49,446 bases of DNA. Source: an uncultured Methanosarcinales archaeon. Lineage in GTDB: Archaea > Nanobdellota > Nanobdellia > Woesearchaeales > DATGWN01. Positions 37,370-46,299 of the stretch are shown here, one piece after another. Under the pieces are notes generated by a model. The model did not search any database and was not told where the DNA came from. It worked only from the letters and a program-made list of their open reading frames with translations. The first letter of the stretch is position 1. Each line of letters opens with the position of its first letter. The translations under genes and the position numbers were made by a program. The stretch lies in contig CAZUXP010000005.1 of the NCBI GenBank assembly GCA_964624275.1, positions 1 through 49,446 of the forward strand. The letters are read 5' to 3'.

Positions 37370-37631
37370 GCACATGAATTTCAAAATAGAAGAGTTTAAT
37401 GAAATAATGAATTAGCTACAGTAATAAGTGATAATACTTTGGAGTGAATTTAGAAAATAGGTAAACGAAAAAATCAAAGATTTTCTATGCACAAAAAAAT
37501 ATTGTTTTTCTTTGTATGCAATCGATTTTTCGAAAATGTAGTAACCGTTGTGAATTATAGTATTATCACAAACTTTTGTCGCCAACTAAATCGTCCAAAA
37601 ACTTATAAATAAAAAGTATTTCTTACAATCT

Positions 37632-38939
37632 ATGAATTCAGTCAAATTTGATTTAATTAAACCAGGAGATATTGTCAAATTAGAAGTTCAACAATCAAAT
37701 TCGCAAAAAACATACGAAGGTATTGTTCTGCCAAGAAATGAACTCTTTAATCAAGATATTCTTGTTTTAAAAATGGAGAGTGGGTATAATATCGGTTTAC
37801 AAAAAAAAAAAATCACAAAAATCACAAAGAAAGGAACTGTTTCACCACCTCAAAAACCTTTAAAAGTAAAACAAAATCCCAATTTATCAAAAGTAGCAGT
37901 GCTTTCTTTTGGTGGAACGATATCATCAAGACTTGATTATAAAACAGGTGGTGTTATTGCATCCTATTCAGCAGAAGATTTTGTCTTAATGATACCCGAA
38001 TTACACGATATTGCACAGGTTGAAGCAAACTTTTGTGATCAAATAATGAGTGAAGATGCAAGACCACAAGATTGGGTTAAGATGAGCACTGAAATTACAA
38101 AATATCTCAATAGAGAAGATATAGCGGGTGTTGTTGTAACACATGGAACTGATACGATGCATTATTCAGCAAGTGCCGTTTCATTTATGCTCGGTAAATT
38201 AAATAAGCCTGTTATATTTACAGGTTCACAACGATCCATTGATCGTGGTTCTTCAGATGCATTTGAGAATTTATTGTGCGCAATACAAGCTGCAGTTAAC
38301 TGGGATGGTGCAGAAGTTGTTGTGTGTATGCATGAAACAACAAATGATGGTTCATGTCTGTTATCCAGAGGTGTAAAGGTACGAAAAATGCATACTTCTC
38401 GGCGTGATGCGTTTCGACCAATTAATGAACAACCGCTTGCACGAATTCAACCACAAAAAAATATTGAAATTTTAAATCAAAAATATGACAAACGGTCAAA
38501 TCACATTGTTTTACCTTTATCTCAATTCGAAGAAAAAATAGGTCTTGTGTATGTGTATCCAGGAATAGATGAAAAACAAATCGAATTTTTCTTAAAAGAA
38601 AAATATAAGGGTTTAGTTATTGGCGCAACTGCTCTTGGTCATGTTCCACAAAATTTGTTACCAATTTTACAAAATTGTGTTGAGGCAAATATGATTGTTG
38701 TTATTGCAACACAAACTTTGTATGGGAAGACGCATGAATTTGTGTATTCACGATTAAGAGAAGAATCAATTGAATTGGGATTAGTATTTGCAAAAGATGT
38801 AATACCTGAGACTGCATATACAAAACTCGGGTGGCTCTTATCACAAACTCATGACGTAACACAAACAAAGAAATTATTTTTACAAAATATGAAACATGAA
38901 TTCGCTCAAGAGATAGATGTAAATTCGTATTTAAATTAA
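37632..38939 (+). CDS. gatD: Glu-tRNA(Gln) amidotransferase subunit D
   Basis: SGYNIG, GGTISSRLDYKTGG, HGTDTM, GSQRSIDRGSSD, KMHTSRRDAF. Confidence 0.96.
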   Translation: MNSVKFDLIKPGDIVKLEVQQSNSQKTYEGIVLPRNELFNQDILVLKMESGYNIGLQKKKITKITKKGTVSPPQKPLKVKQNPNLSKVAVLSFGGTISSRLDYKTGGVIASYSAEDFVLMIPELHDIAQVEANFCDQIMSEDARPQDWVKMSTEITKYLNREDIAGVVVTHGTDTMHYSASAVSFMLGKLNKPVIFTGSQRSIDRGSSDAFENLLCAIQAAVNWDGAEVVVCMHETTNDGSCLLSRGVKVRKMHTSRRDAFRPINEQPLARIQPQKNIEILNQKYDKRSNHIVLPLSQFEEKIGLVYVYPGIDEKQIEFFLKEKYKGLVIGATALGHVPQNLLPILQNCVEANMIVVIATQTLYGKTHEFVYSRLREESIELGLVFAKDVIPETAYTKLGWLLSQTHDVTQTKKLFLQNMKHEFAQEIDVNSYLN

Positions 38940-38944
38940 GAAAA

Positions 38945-40792
38945 ATGAAACTGCAAAAACTTGATTATGCAAAACTGAAATTTAAATGTGGTATTGAAAT
39001 TCATCAACAATTAAATGGAAAAAAATTATTCTGTGATTCACCAACACAAATTCGTGATGATGAACCGCATTTTACTGTTCAAAGAAAACTTCGTGCAGTT
39101 ATTGGAGAAAGTGGTGAGATTGATACAGCTGCAATATCTGAAATGAAACAAAATAAGGTTTATACATATCAAGGGTATACAGATACAACAGGATTAGTTG
39201 AAATTGATGAAGAACCACCCCATGTCATTAATTCAGATGCTCTTGGTGCAGTTTTACAAGTTGCAAAAATGCTTCGGGCTGATATTGTCGATGAAGTACA
39301 AATCATGAGAAAAACTGTTGTTGATGGTTCAAATACTTCCGGTTTTCAACGAACTGCATTAGTCGGATTGGATGGTCACATAAAAACTGAATCAGGTCAG
39401 ATGATTACAATACCAAATATAATTATTGAGGAAGATGCATGTAAAATTGTTAAAAAAGATGAAACTCAAACAATCTATAATTTATCTCGACTTGGAATTC
39501 CACTTATTGAATTAGGTACTGGACCTGATATAACTTCGCCAATTCAAGCCCAAGAAGTCGCAAAACACTTGGGTATGATTTTACGCTCTACTGGAAAAGT
39601 AAAACGAGGTTTAGGAACAATTCGTCAAGATTTAAATGTTTCAATCTTAAATGGGAATCGTGTTGAAATAAAAGGGGCACAAGATCTAGGTATGATTCCA
39701 ACAATAATTGATTTTGAAATCATTCGCCAATTACAATTACAAGAATTACATGAAAAATTACAAAAAGTTTCAATGGATGTACAACCAGCTGATGTGACTA
39801 AATATTTACTTAATACGAAATGTGGATTTATTGCAAAAAGAATCTCGCAAAAAAAAGTTGTGTATGGTTTAAAGTTACAAGGTCTTAATGGAATAATTGG
39901 TCAAGAGTTACAACCTAAAAAAAGACTGGGGACTGATTTTTCAGATTTTGCAAAAATACATGCTGGTGTAACGGGATTAATTCACAGTGATGAAGATTTT
40001 GCAAAATATGAGATTTCAACTGATGAAATTACTTCACTTCAAAAAGCATTAGCTGTTCAAAAAGATGATGCGTTTGTGTTAGTTGTTGATACAGAATCAA
40101 AAGCTCAAACCGCGTGTTATTCTGTGCTTAATCGTATTGATTTATTTGTACGCGAAGTTATTCCAAAAGAAGTTCGTAAAGCAAATCCTGATGGTACTTC
40201 GTCATATATGAGACCAATGCCTAGTTCGGCAAGAATGTATCCTGAAACTGATACGATTCCAATCATTGTTCAAAGTGAAAATATTGAATTACCTGAATTG
40301 ATTGATGATAAAATCAAGCGGTTTAGTACGGAATATAATTTGAGTTTAGATTTGGCAAGTGATATTGTTAAAGGGGATTTGAGCGATTTGTTTGAAATAT
40401 GTGTTTTAAAATTCCCGTCACTTCAAGCATCTTTTATTGCAGAGTCAGTCAATAGCATCCCGAAGATTTTAAAACGGAAATATTCTATTGAGTATATGCC
40501 AACTCAGGATGAATTTATTGAAGTATTTACGTTAGTATCAGAATCAAAAATTGCAAATTCATCTTTAATTGATATATTCGTTAAATCCCAACAAGATCAA
40601 AAACCAGTTTTAGAAGTTGCAGAAGGTTTTTTAGTATTAGATAAAAAAGAAGTTGAGCAAATAGTTAATTCTGTGTTAGAAGAACATAAAAATGCGCCAA
40701 TGGGTTTAATCATGGGTAAAATTATGGCCCAAACAAAGGGTCGTGCTGACGGTAAGTTCGTCAAAGATTTGATTGGTCAGAAGTTGAAGTGA
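38945..40792 (+). CDS. gatE: Glu-tRNA(Gln) amidotransferase subunit E
   Basis: GIEIHQQL, MRKTVVDGSNTSGFQRT, GLGTIRQDLNVS, RPMPSSARMYPETD. Confidence 0.96.
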   Translation: MKLQKLDYAKLKFKCGIEIHQQLNGKKLFCDSPTQIRDDEPHFTVQRKLRAVIGESGEIDTAAISEMKQNKVYTYQGYTDTTGLVEIDEEPPHVINSDALGAVLQVAKMLRADIVDEVQIMRKTVVDGSNTSGFQRTALVGLDGHIKTESGQMITIPNIIIEEDACKIVKKDETQTIYNLSRLGIPLIELGTGPDITSPIQAQEVAKHLGMILRSTGKVKRGLGTIRQDLNVSILNGNRVEIKGAQDLGMIPTIIDFEIIRQLQLQELHEKLQKVSMDVQPADVTKYLLNTKCGFIAKRISQKKVVYGLKLQGLNGIIGQELQPKKRLGTDFSDFAKIHAGVTGLIHSDEDFAKYEISTDEITSLQKALAVQKDDAFVLVVDTESKAQTACYSVLNRIDLFVREVIPKEVRKANPDGTSSYMRPMPSSARMYPETDTIPIIVQSENIELPELIDDKIKRFSTEYNLSLDLASDIVKGDLSDLFEICVLKFPSLQASFIAESVNSIPKILKRKYSIEYMPTQDEFIEVFTLVSESKIANSSLIDIFVKSQQDQKPVLEVAEGFLVLDKKEVEQIVNSVLEEHKNAPMGLIMGKIMAQTKGRADGKFVKDLIGQKLK

Positions 40793-40868
40793 TTCTTTAA
40801 ACCAGTATACTGCTAAAAACTCATTAATTTCCAAAACATTCAAATATCCCGTTTCATTCATAGATAAT

Positions 40869-41148
40869 ATGGTTAAACAAGATAATCTTTATTTAAAACG
40901 GGGAATATCGCATAAGGAATCGCGGATGTTATTTGTATTAAAAGAGTCTCCTTTAGAAATTTTTACACTTACTGATATCAAAAAACTCACAAGTGAAACA
41001 TATGCGAATCAATTTGCAAGTAATTTAGTGAAAAAGGAATTACTCTTGAGAATAAAAAAAATCAGTATATATTACCTGAAAAATCAGATTATTTCTCAAT
41101 AGCAATTCAAGTATCAACCCAGCTTATATGAGTTTTTGGTTGGAATAG
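40869..41148 (+). pseudogene. Frameshifted AbiEi-like (type IV TA antitoxin) wHTH remnant
   Basis: IFTLTD...NLVKKELLLRIKK continues in shifted frames as NQYILPEKSDYFSIAIQV and PAYMSFW, matching the AbiEi pattern RIKxGxY...PxYxSxW. Confidence 0.5.
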
Positions 41149-41236
41149 TAATTTCATATGAACAGGTTGTTGATGTTTTGAAGAGTTTGATAAAACGAGT
41201 TAGTTAGTAATCACTACTTAAAAGTGTCGATTAAAG

Positions 41237-41250
41237 GAAACATTTATAAA
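41237..41250 (+). promoter_or_regulatory. BRE-TATA promoter, leaderless transcript
   Basis: GAAACATTTATAAA ending 25 nt before ATG 41275. Confidence 0.6.
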
Positions 41251-41274
41251 TACGTATTGATTACTCTTAGTATT

Positions 41275-42087
41275 ATGATGTCAGATATGCATTTGCTGAA
41301 GTTAGGTTCGGGATGGGAATCGGATCCGCTTAAAAGCGTACCCGTTTGTAGTCCTTCTAGAGAGAGTCTATTATCTCTACAAAATTCAGGTATATATAAG
41401 TCTATAAGTTCTAAAAAAACTCAAGAAAGAGTTGATTATGTAGTTCAAAAATTAGACACATTTGATGCTTTTCATGATAAGATATCTTATTTAGAAGAAT
41501 TAGATCCTTTTGTAAAAAAAGCATTATTTGAAGAACAGCAAATGATTGGCAGTGATGCTCAAATAGCTGATTATAGAAGAGGTAGAGAACAAGGTTCTCA
41601 AGCGAAACTTCCATCTCAACTAAGAGGTCAAGCACAATTTAGTGAGGGTTATTTAGTCGGTATACAAGATTTCACTGCGACTCGAGGTTTACTTATACCG
41701 AGAGTTCCTCATATGAATTCCACATACGGTCTTGAAACGATTACAACAGATGAAGGATTCCAAGGATTCCGACTCGGTATGAATTGGGAACGACCTAGCT
41801 TTGCAGAAAATAAGTGTAGTACAATTCATGATTTCTTAGAGTTTCAATTAAAACATTTCCAAGAACCAACAAGAACCGAATCAGGCTATCAAATAGGTTT
41901 TCAAGTTAAAGCTTTGCGAGATTACGACGTTTTATTATCGCGTGACGATGTGCCATTAGATCCTGATGCGTTTAGAGGTTTTGAAAAAGGAAGAAGTCTT
42001 TACTCTAATACTGGTTTAAGTTATGTGAGTTTAGGTAATTTTCGCTTTGAATCTGTTGGAAGAAAATTTGCATCATTACCTAAATAA
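41275..42087 (+). CDS. Hypothetical protein with repeated aromatic-xx-G-xxx-G motifs
   Basis: Start inferred from promoter spacing; YRRGREQG, FSEGYLVG, FQGFRLG, SGYQIG, FRGFEKG. Confidence 0.7.
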   Translation: MMSDMHLLKLGSGWESDPLKSVPVCSPSRESLLSLQNSGIYKSISSKKTQERVDYVVQKLDTFDAFHDKISYLEELDPFVKKALFEEQQMIGSDAQIADYRRGREQGSQAKLPSQLRGQAQFSEGYLVGIQDFTATRGLLIPRVPHMNSTYGLETITTDEGFQGFRLGMNWERPSFAENKCSTIHDFLEFQLKHFQEPTRTESGYQIGFQVKALRDYDVLLSRDDVPLDPDAFRGFEKGRSLYSNTGLSYVSLGNFRFESVGRKFASLPK

Positions 42088-42345
42088 CTACTTTTATAAT
42101 ACAAAACATTCTGAAAAACAAATTTTGTTTTATAATTATAAAAATAGTAGTGAAGTAGATTTTTTATTAGATGAATTGCCTATCGAAGTTAAATCAAATC
42201 TTTTAGCACCAAAAATAGAGCGAAGTATTCACGCATATAGAACGGTTTAATCCAAAAGCAATTATTATTTTTAATGAGAATATACTTGACATTATCAAAA
42301 TTCAAGAATCAAATATTCATTTTCGGCATTTTTTCTCGGTTTTTG
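42083..42345 (+). pseudogene. C-terminal remnant of an AAA_14/DUF4143 ATPase-nuclease
   Basis: FYNYKNSSEVDFLL...PIEVKS (EVDF...IEVK PD-(D/E)xK motif); no start or ATPase domain; stop at 42250. Boundaries approximate. Confidence 0.6.
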
Positions 42346-42403
42346 CTTTAATAGAATAATTCATCCCAAATCTTTATAATGAGTGACTTCTTCTCTGTTA
42401 TTC

Positions 42404-43234
42404 ATGAGAAAATCATACATGCGTGTTGCACACGAAGTTATTCAAAAATCAGATGTAGTCATTCAAGTACTTGATGCACGACTTATTGAACAAACACTTA
42501 ATCCTGAACTCAGACGTCAAGTCGAATTATTGCAAAAACGAGTTATTACTGCTATTACAAAGTGTGATTTAGTCTCAAAAGAATATTTGGATAAAAAAGT
42601 GAAAACGATTCCAAATGCAGTGTATGTTTCTTCAAAAATGAGATTTGGGTTTAAAAAATTACGAGAGCTTATCTATAAAGTCGCAGCTAAACATAAAGAT
42701 GATCAAATTAAAGTTGGTGTTGTTGGATATCCAAACACAGGAAAATCAAGTTTAATTAATACACTTAAAGGTAAAACAAGTGCACCTGTTTCTTCACAGA
42801 GTGGGATGACAAAGGGTGAACAACGAATTCGTATTTCGGGACGAGTTATGTTATTAGATACGCCGGGTGTAATTCCAATTGATGAAAAAGATTCTGTTCA
42901 AATGGCATTAATAGCATCAAAAAATCCTGATAGACTTAAAGATGCAGATTTAGTTGCGATGAAAATTTTAGAAATGCTTTTTGAACAAGGCCATACGAAT
43001 CAAATTGAAGAAAAATATGATATTAAGATTACAAATGAAAGTGTTGATGAAATTATTGAGATGATTGCAATCAAACGAAACCGAGTTATCAAAGGTGGAT
43101 TACCTGATATTCAGACAATTTCTCGTCAAATTATTCATGAATGGCAGAAAGGTACATTGATATCACTTCATAACACCGAAACGCAAGAATATATTGCAGA
43201 TGAAGAAGATGATTTAGATGAGAGTAAAGAGTGA
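42404..43234 (+). CDS. Circularly permuted ribosome biogenesis GTPase (RbgA/YlqF family)
   Basis: VLDAR, TKCD (G4), VSSK (G5), GYPNTGKSS (G1), DTPG (G3) in permuted order. Confidence 0.92.
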   Translation: MRKSYMRVAHEVIQKSDVVIQVLDARLIEQTLNPELRRQVELLQKRVITAITKCDLVSKEYLDKKVKTIPNAVYVSSKMRFGFKKLRELIYKVAAKHKDDQIKVGVVGYPNTGKSSLINTLKGKTSAPVSSQSGMTKGEQRIRISGRVMLLDTPGVIPIDEKDSVQMALIASKNPDRLKDADLVAMKILEMLFEQGHTNQIEEKYDIKITNESVDEIIEMIAIKRNRVIKGGLPDIQTISRQIIHEWQKGTLISLHNTETQEYIADEEDDLDESKE

Positions 43235-43257
43235 TTTTGAAGCATTTTATCTCTAAC

Positions 43258-43550
43258 TAGCACATACATAAAAGTGAGTGATTTTAGACACTTTGAAATA
43301 CTGCTTGTCTATTTGACAAGTGGATGAGCAAGGCGAATGGATATTCAAAGGGGAAGAAAGTTCAAATCAACTATTTTGTATAAATTGTAATTGGTACTAA
43401 TTTGAACTTTCGACATCTTCAAAACTTCGTACAGTTTCATATAGAGTGCTACCTCCCCGGATGGGACAACCCCCGCTAACGCACTCAAAGAATTTTCAAA
43501 AGAGTTTTGACCTGATGATGTAAAAATCACTCGTAAAATTGTATGTGCCC
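43258..43550 (+). ncRNA. Putative ~290-nt structured RNA or non-autonomous mobile element of unknown class
   Basis: Paired termini enclose three hairpin domains; G-U pairs favour the + strand; CTCTAAC direct repeats flank it. Confidence 0.55.
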
Positions 43551-43638
43551 TCTAACCGATGAATTTAAAAAGGACTTTACCTAAAACATAGGTTAGATTT
43601 CGCAATTTATCGCGAAAAATCGTTTGGAGGTGACAAAA

Positions 43639-44052
43639 ATGAAATTTGAAAAAGGCGCAGCCTGGAGTTTAACTGTTGCTCGAGTATTAGTCGGGTTACT
43701 GTTTGTATATCAAGGTTGGCAAAAAGTAATAGATCCCGCAAGTGTTTCAGGATTTTTTCAATCGTTAGGATTGTTTGGATTCTTAGGGCCAGTTGTAGGA
43801 TATCTTGAAGTGATTGCGGGTATTTTGTTAATAGTAGGTCTTTGGACTACGTGGGCAAGTATTACAATCGGAGTTATTATGGTTGGTGCATTAGTTTTAG
43901 TACAATTTCCAAATAATGGATTCATTGATGGATTATTTGGGCGCGATATGCTCATTTTAGCAATCACATTTGTACTTGCGTCTAATGGATCGGGTGAGTT
44001 AGCTTTAGATAAAGAAAAAAAGTCTCGCAAGCTAAACAAATCTAAAAAATAA
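43639..44052 (+). CDS. DoxX family membrane protein
   Basis: ARVLVGLLFVYQGWQK, EVIAGILLIVGLWT, GSGELALD; SD GGAGGTGA at 43626-43633. Confidence 0.92.
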   Translation: MKFEKGAAWSLTVARVLVGLLFVYQGWQKVIDPASVSGFFQSLGLFGFLGPVVGYLEVIAGILLIVGLWTTWASITIGVIMVGALVLVQFPNNGFIDGLFGRDMLILAITFVLASNGSGELALDKEKKSRKLNKSKK

Positions 44053-44056
44053 TACT

Positions 44057-44083
44057 GGATGATTTTTCATCCTTTTTTTTTTT
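44057..44083 (+). terminator. Hairpin plus T-tract terminator
   Basis: GGATGA-tttt-TCATCC followed by 11 T. Confidence 0.7.
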
Positions 44084-44149
44084 GAATATATTTTTGAATA
44101 CACTATTTTTTCACAATTCTTATAAAGGGTTTTGACATATATTTGATAT

Positions 44150-46072
44150 ATGACTTTGAAATACGTATGTATTGCAATTATTTTTATTGTAAGTATTACG
44201 ACTTTTGGTTTTGCTCAAACTATTTCTGAAAATTCAATGACGCTTTTAGCAGTCTCCGAACGCGAAGATGGTACGACTGTTGGAAGTACGGCAAACTTAA
44301 AATTAGAAGTTATTTCGGGACAAGGGAGAGTATTCATTGATACCTTTCCCTTAACTCAAGTTGATACACAGATTTCAACACGAATTGCAAAAGAAATAGC
44401 GTGCGATTTTACGGATGTTTCGTGTGATCAATATGATTTTATTTATACCATTACAAGTGGTTCATCTATAATTGGTGGTCCGAGTGCAGGTGCTGCTATT
44501 TCTGCACTGACTGTCTTAACATTAGATGGTGAACGTATAAATAAAAATGTAGCAATTACTGGTACAAGTAATACGGGTGGTCTTATTGGACCTGTTGGTG
44601 GTCTTCGTGAAAAAATTGATGCATCCTCGCGTGATGGGATTTCAACAGTTTTAATTCCAAAAGGGGGAAGATATTCTCCATTCAATGCATCAATACAAAA
44701 TGAAACGATTTCTGAAGATCAGATAGACTTAGTTACGTATGGTTTAGAAAAAGGAATTTCGGTAATTGAAGTTGGAAATCTGTATGAAGTTTTAAATATT
44801 ATGTCAAATAAGGATTATGATTTAATTTATCAAGAAGTAAGTATACCTTCGTTTTATTCACAAACTATGCAAAGTTTGGCAAATCAATTATGCACACGAA
44901 CACAAGACACAATTAATTCAATAAATCTTACGGATTTTCCTGTAATGATAAATCAGCAAAATACATCAATTAATATACGGGGTTTACACATTCAAAGTTT
45001 AGATGAACAATCTCGTTCAGTATTTTTGCAAGATTCAAGTTTTAATATTTCATCATTTATTCAAACCATACAAGATTTAGATAATCGTTCTCAATTAGCA
45101 AAAGATATATCTGATTATTATTCAACTGCTTCATTTTGTTATAATGCTGGAATTCATGCTCGATTTTTAACATCACTTCAACAAGAGATATCAGTATTAG
45201 AAACACAAGCATCAAATGCAATAAGACGAAGTGAAGAACTTGGCATTGATTCGTATACAACAATAACAGAACTTCAAACATATATGCTTGTTGAAGAACG
45301 AATAACTGAAGCAAAAGAACATTTTAAAGCTGCGCAAGAACATGTTGAGAATAATCAAACTCATGAAGCAATTTTTGCATATTCTCAAGCAATTGAGCGA
45401 GCATTCAGTGCAGAATCATGGTCTGCGTTTTATCAATCAATTGGAAAAAAATTTCAGTTTAATCCATCAGTTTTGTCTGAATCTTGTTCACTCAAAATTC
45501 GAGAAGCCGAAGATCGAAGAAATTATGTTCAGTATTATGCTCCGTTTTTATCAGAATCACCAATTTTAGATAATGCAAAAAAATATCAACGTCGAGGTCA
45601 GTATGAGCTATGCTTATTTGAAGCTTCTAAAGCAAAAGCACGCTTTGATGTTATATTGGGTAGTATTGGTGCAACAACTGATGATGATTTAGATATACTT
45701 GTAGATGAACGAAAAATTTTGGCTGAGCAGGCAATTTTACATCAAACACAAAAAGATATTTTTCCAATTATAGGGTATAGTTATTATGAATATGCATTAT
45801 CGCTTGCTGATACTGATAAACAGTCTGCATTATTATATCTGCAGTATGCGTTAGAATTATCAAATTTGGATATGTATTTTCCAAAAGATTCTCAAGAAGA
45901 TTTTGTGTATCAATCGGTTAGTCGTCTCACACCGAAAATGATATTTTTTATTGGTCTTTCTGCAGGTTTACTTATTGCAGTTGTTCTATTACGTATAGAA
46001 TCTCGATTTTTAAAAAAACCTGCCCGAGCAAGAAAACCGAAGTCGTCTCACCCAGACAGGAAAAAGAGGTGA
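44150..46072 (+). CDS. Secreted/membrane-anchored archaeal S16 (Lon-like, ATPase-less) serine protease
   Basis: Signal peptide, GGPSAG catalytic Ser, ITGT...IGPVGGLREKI catalytic Lys, helical C-terminal region and C-terminal TM. Confidence 0.88.
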   Translation: MTLKYVCIAIIFIVSITTFGFAQTISENSMTLLAVSEREDGTTVGSTANLKLEVISGQGRVFIDTFPLTQVDTQISTRIAKEIACDFTDVSCDQYDFIYTITSGSSIIGGPSAGAAISALTVLTLDGERINKNVAITGTSNTGGLIGPVGGLREKIDASSRDGISTVLIPKGGRYSPFNASIQNETISEDQIDLVTYGLEKGISVIEVGNLYEVLNIMSNKDYDLIYQEVSIPSFYSQTMQSLANQLCTRTQDTINSINLTDFPVMINQQNTSINIRGLHIQSLDEQSRSVFLQDSSFNISSFIQTIQDLDNRSQLAKDISDYYSTASFCYNAGIHARFLTSLQQEISVLETQASNAIRRSEELGIDSYTTITELQTYMLVEERITEAKEHFKAAQEHVENNQTHEAIFAYSQAIERAFSAESWSAFYQSIGKKFQFNPSVLSESCSLKIREAEDRRNYVQYYAPFLSESPILDNAKKYQRRGQYELCLFEASKAKARFDVILGSIGATTDDDLDILVDERKILAEQAILHQTQKDIFPIIGYSYYEYALSLADTDKQSALLYLQYALELSNLDMYFPKDSQEDFVYQSVSRLTPKMIFFIGLSAGLLIAVVLLRIESRFLKKPARARKPKSSHPDRKKR

Positions 46073-46177
46073 ATATAATTTTTGTGCAAACCCGTTTGGG
46101 AATAATCCCAAACAGGAAAAGAGGTTTTGTTTTGCACAAACAGTGATTTCATCTGAAACGGGTTAGTTTCAAATCAC
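46033..46177 (+). other. Structured element with a duplicated purine-rich motif
   Basis: CCCAGACAGGAAAAAGAGGT (46051-46070) and CCCAAACAGGAAAAGAGGT (46107-46125); nested hairpins 46081-46140 and 46143-46177. Confidence 0.5.
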
Positions 46178-46299
46178 GTGTTATAACTACAAAGTAGTTA
46201 GAACTTATATTTAAATGTTGTGATTTTGTTCTCATTTTGAAGTAGTCCTTGTGATAAATTATGGAAACTTTTTAAATATACCTTGAAATTCATATACTT

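Noticed and set aside
43351-43367. RNase P CR-I-like sequence GAAGAAAGTTC
   Set aside because: It pairs locally in a 12-bp hairpin, and no 3' CR-V partner for the P4 pseudoknot is visible.
43345-43530. 61-aa minus-strand ORF inside the structured element (internal ATG with GGAGGT upstream)
   Set aside because: No recognisable protein features and wobble pairs favour a plus-strand RNA. Not fully excluded.
46051-46125. Mini CRISPR array (two ~20-nt repeats, 36-nt spacer)
   Set aside because: Only two short imperfect copies, the spacer base-pairs with the repeat, and no cas genes are in the window.
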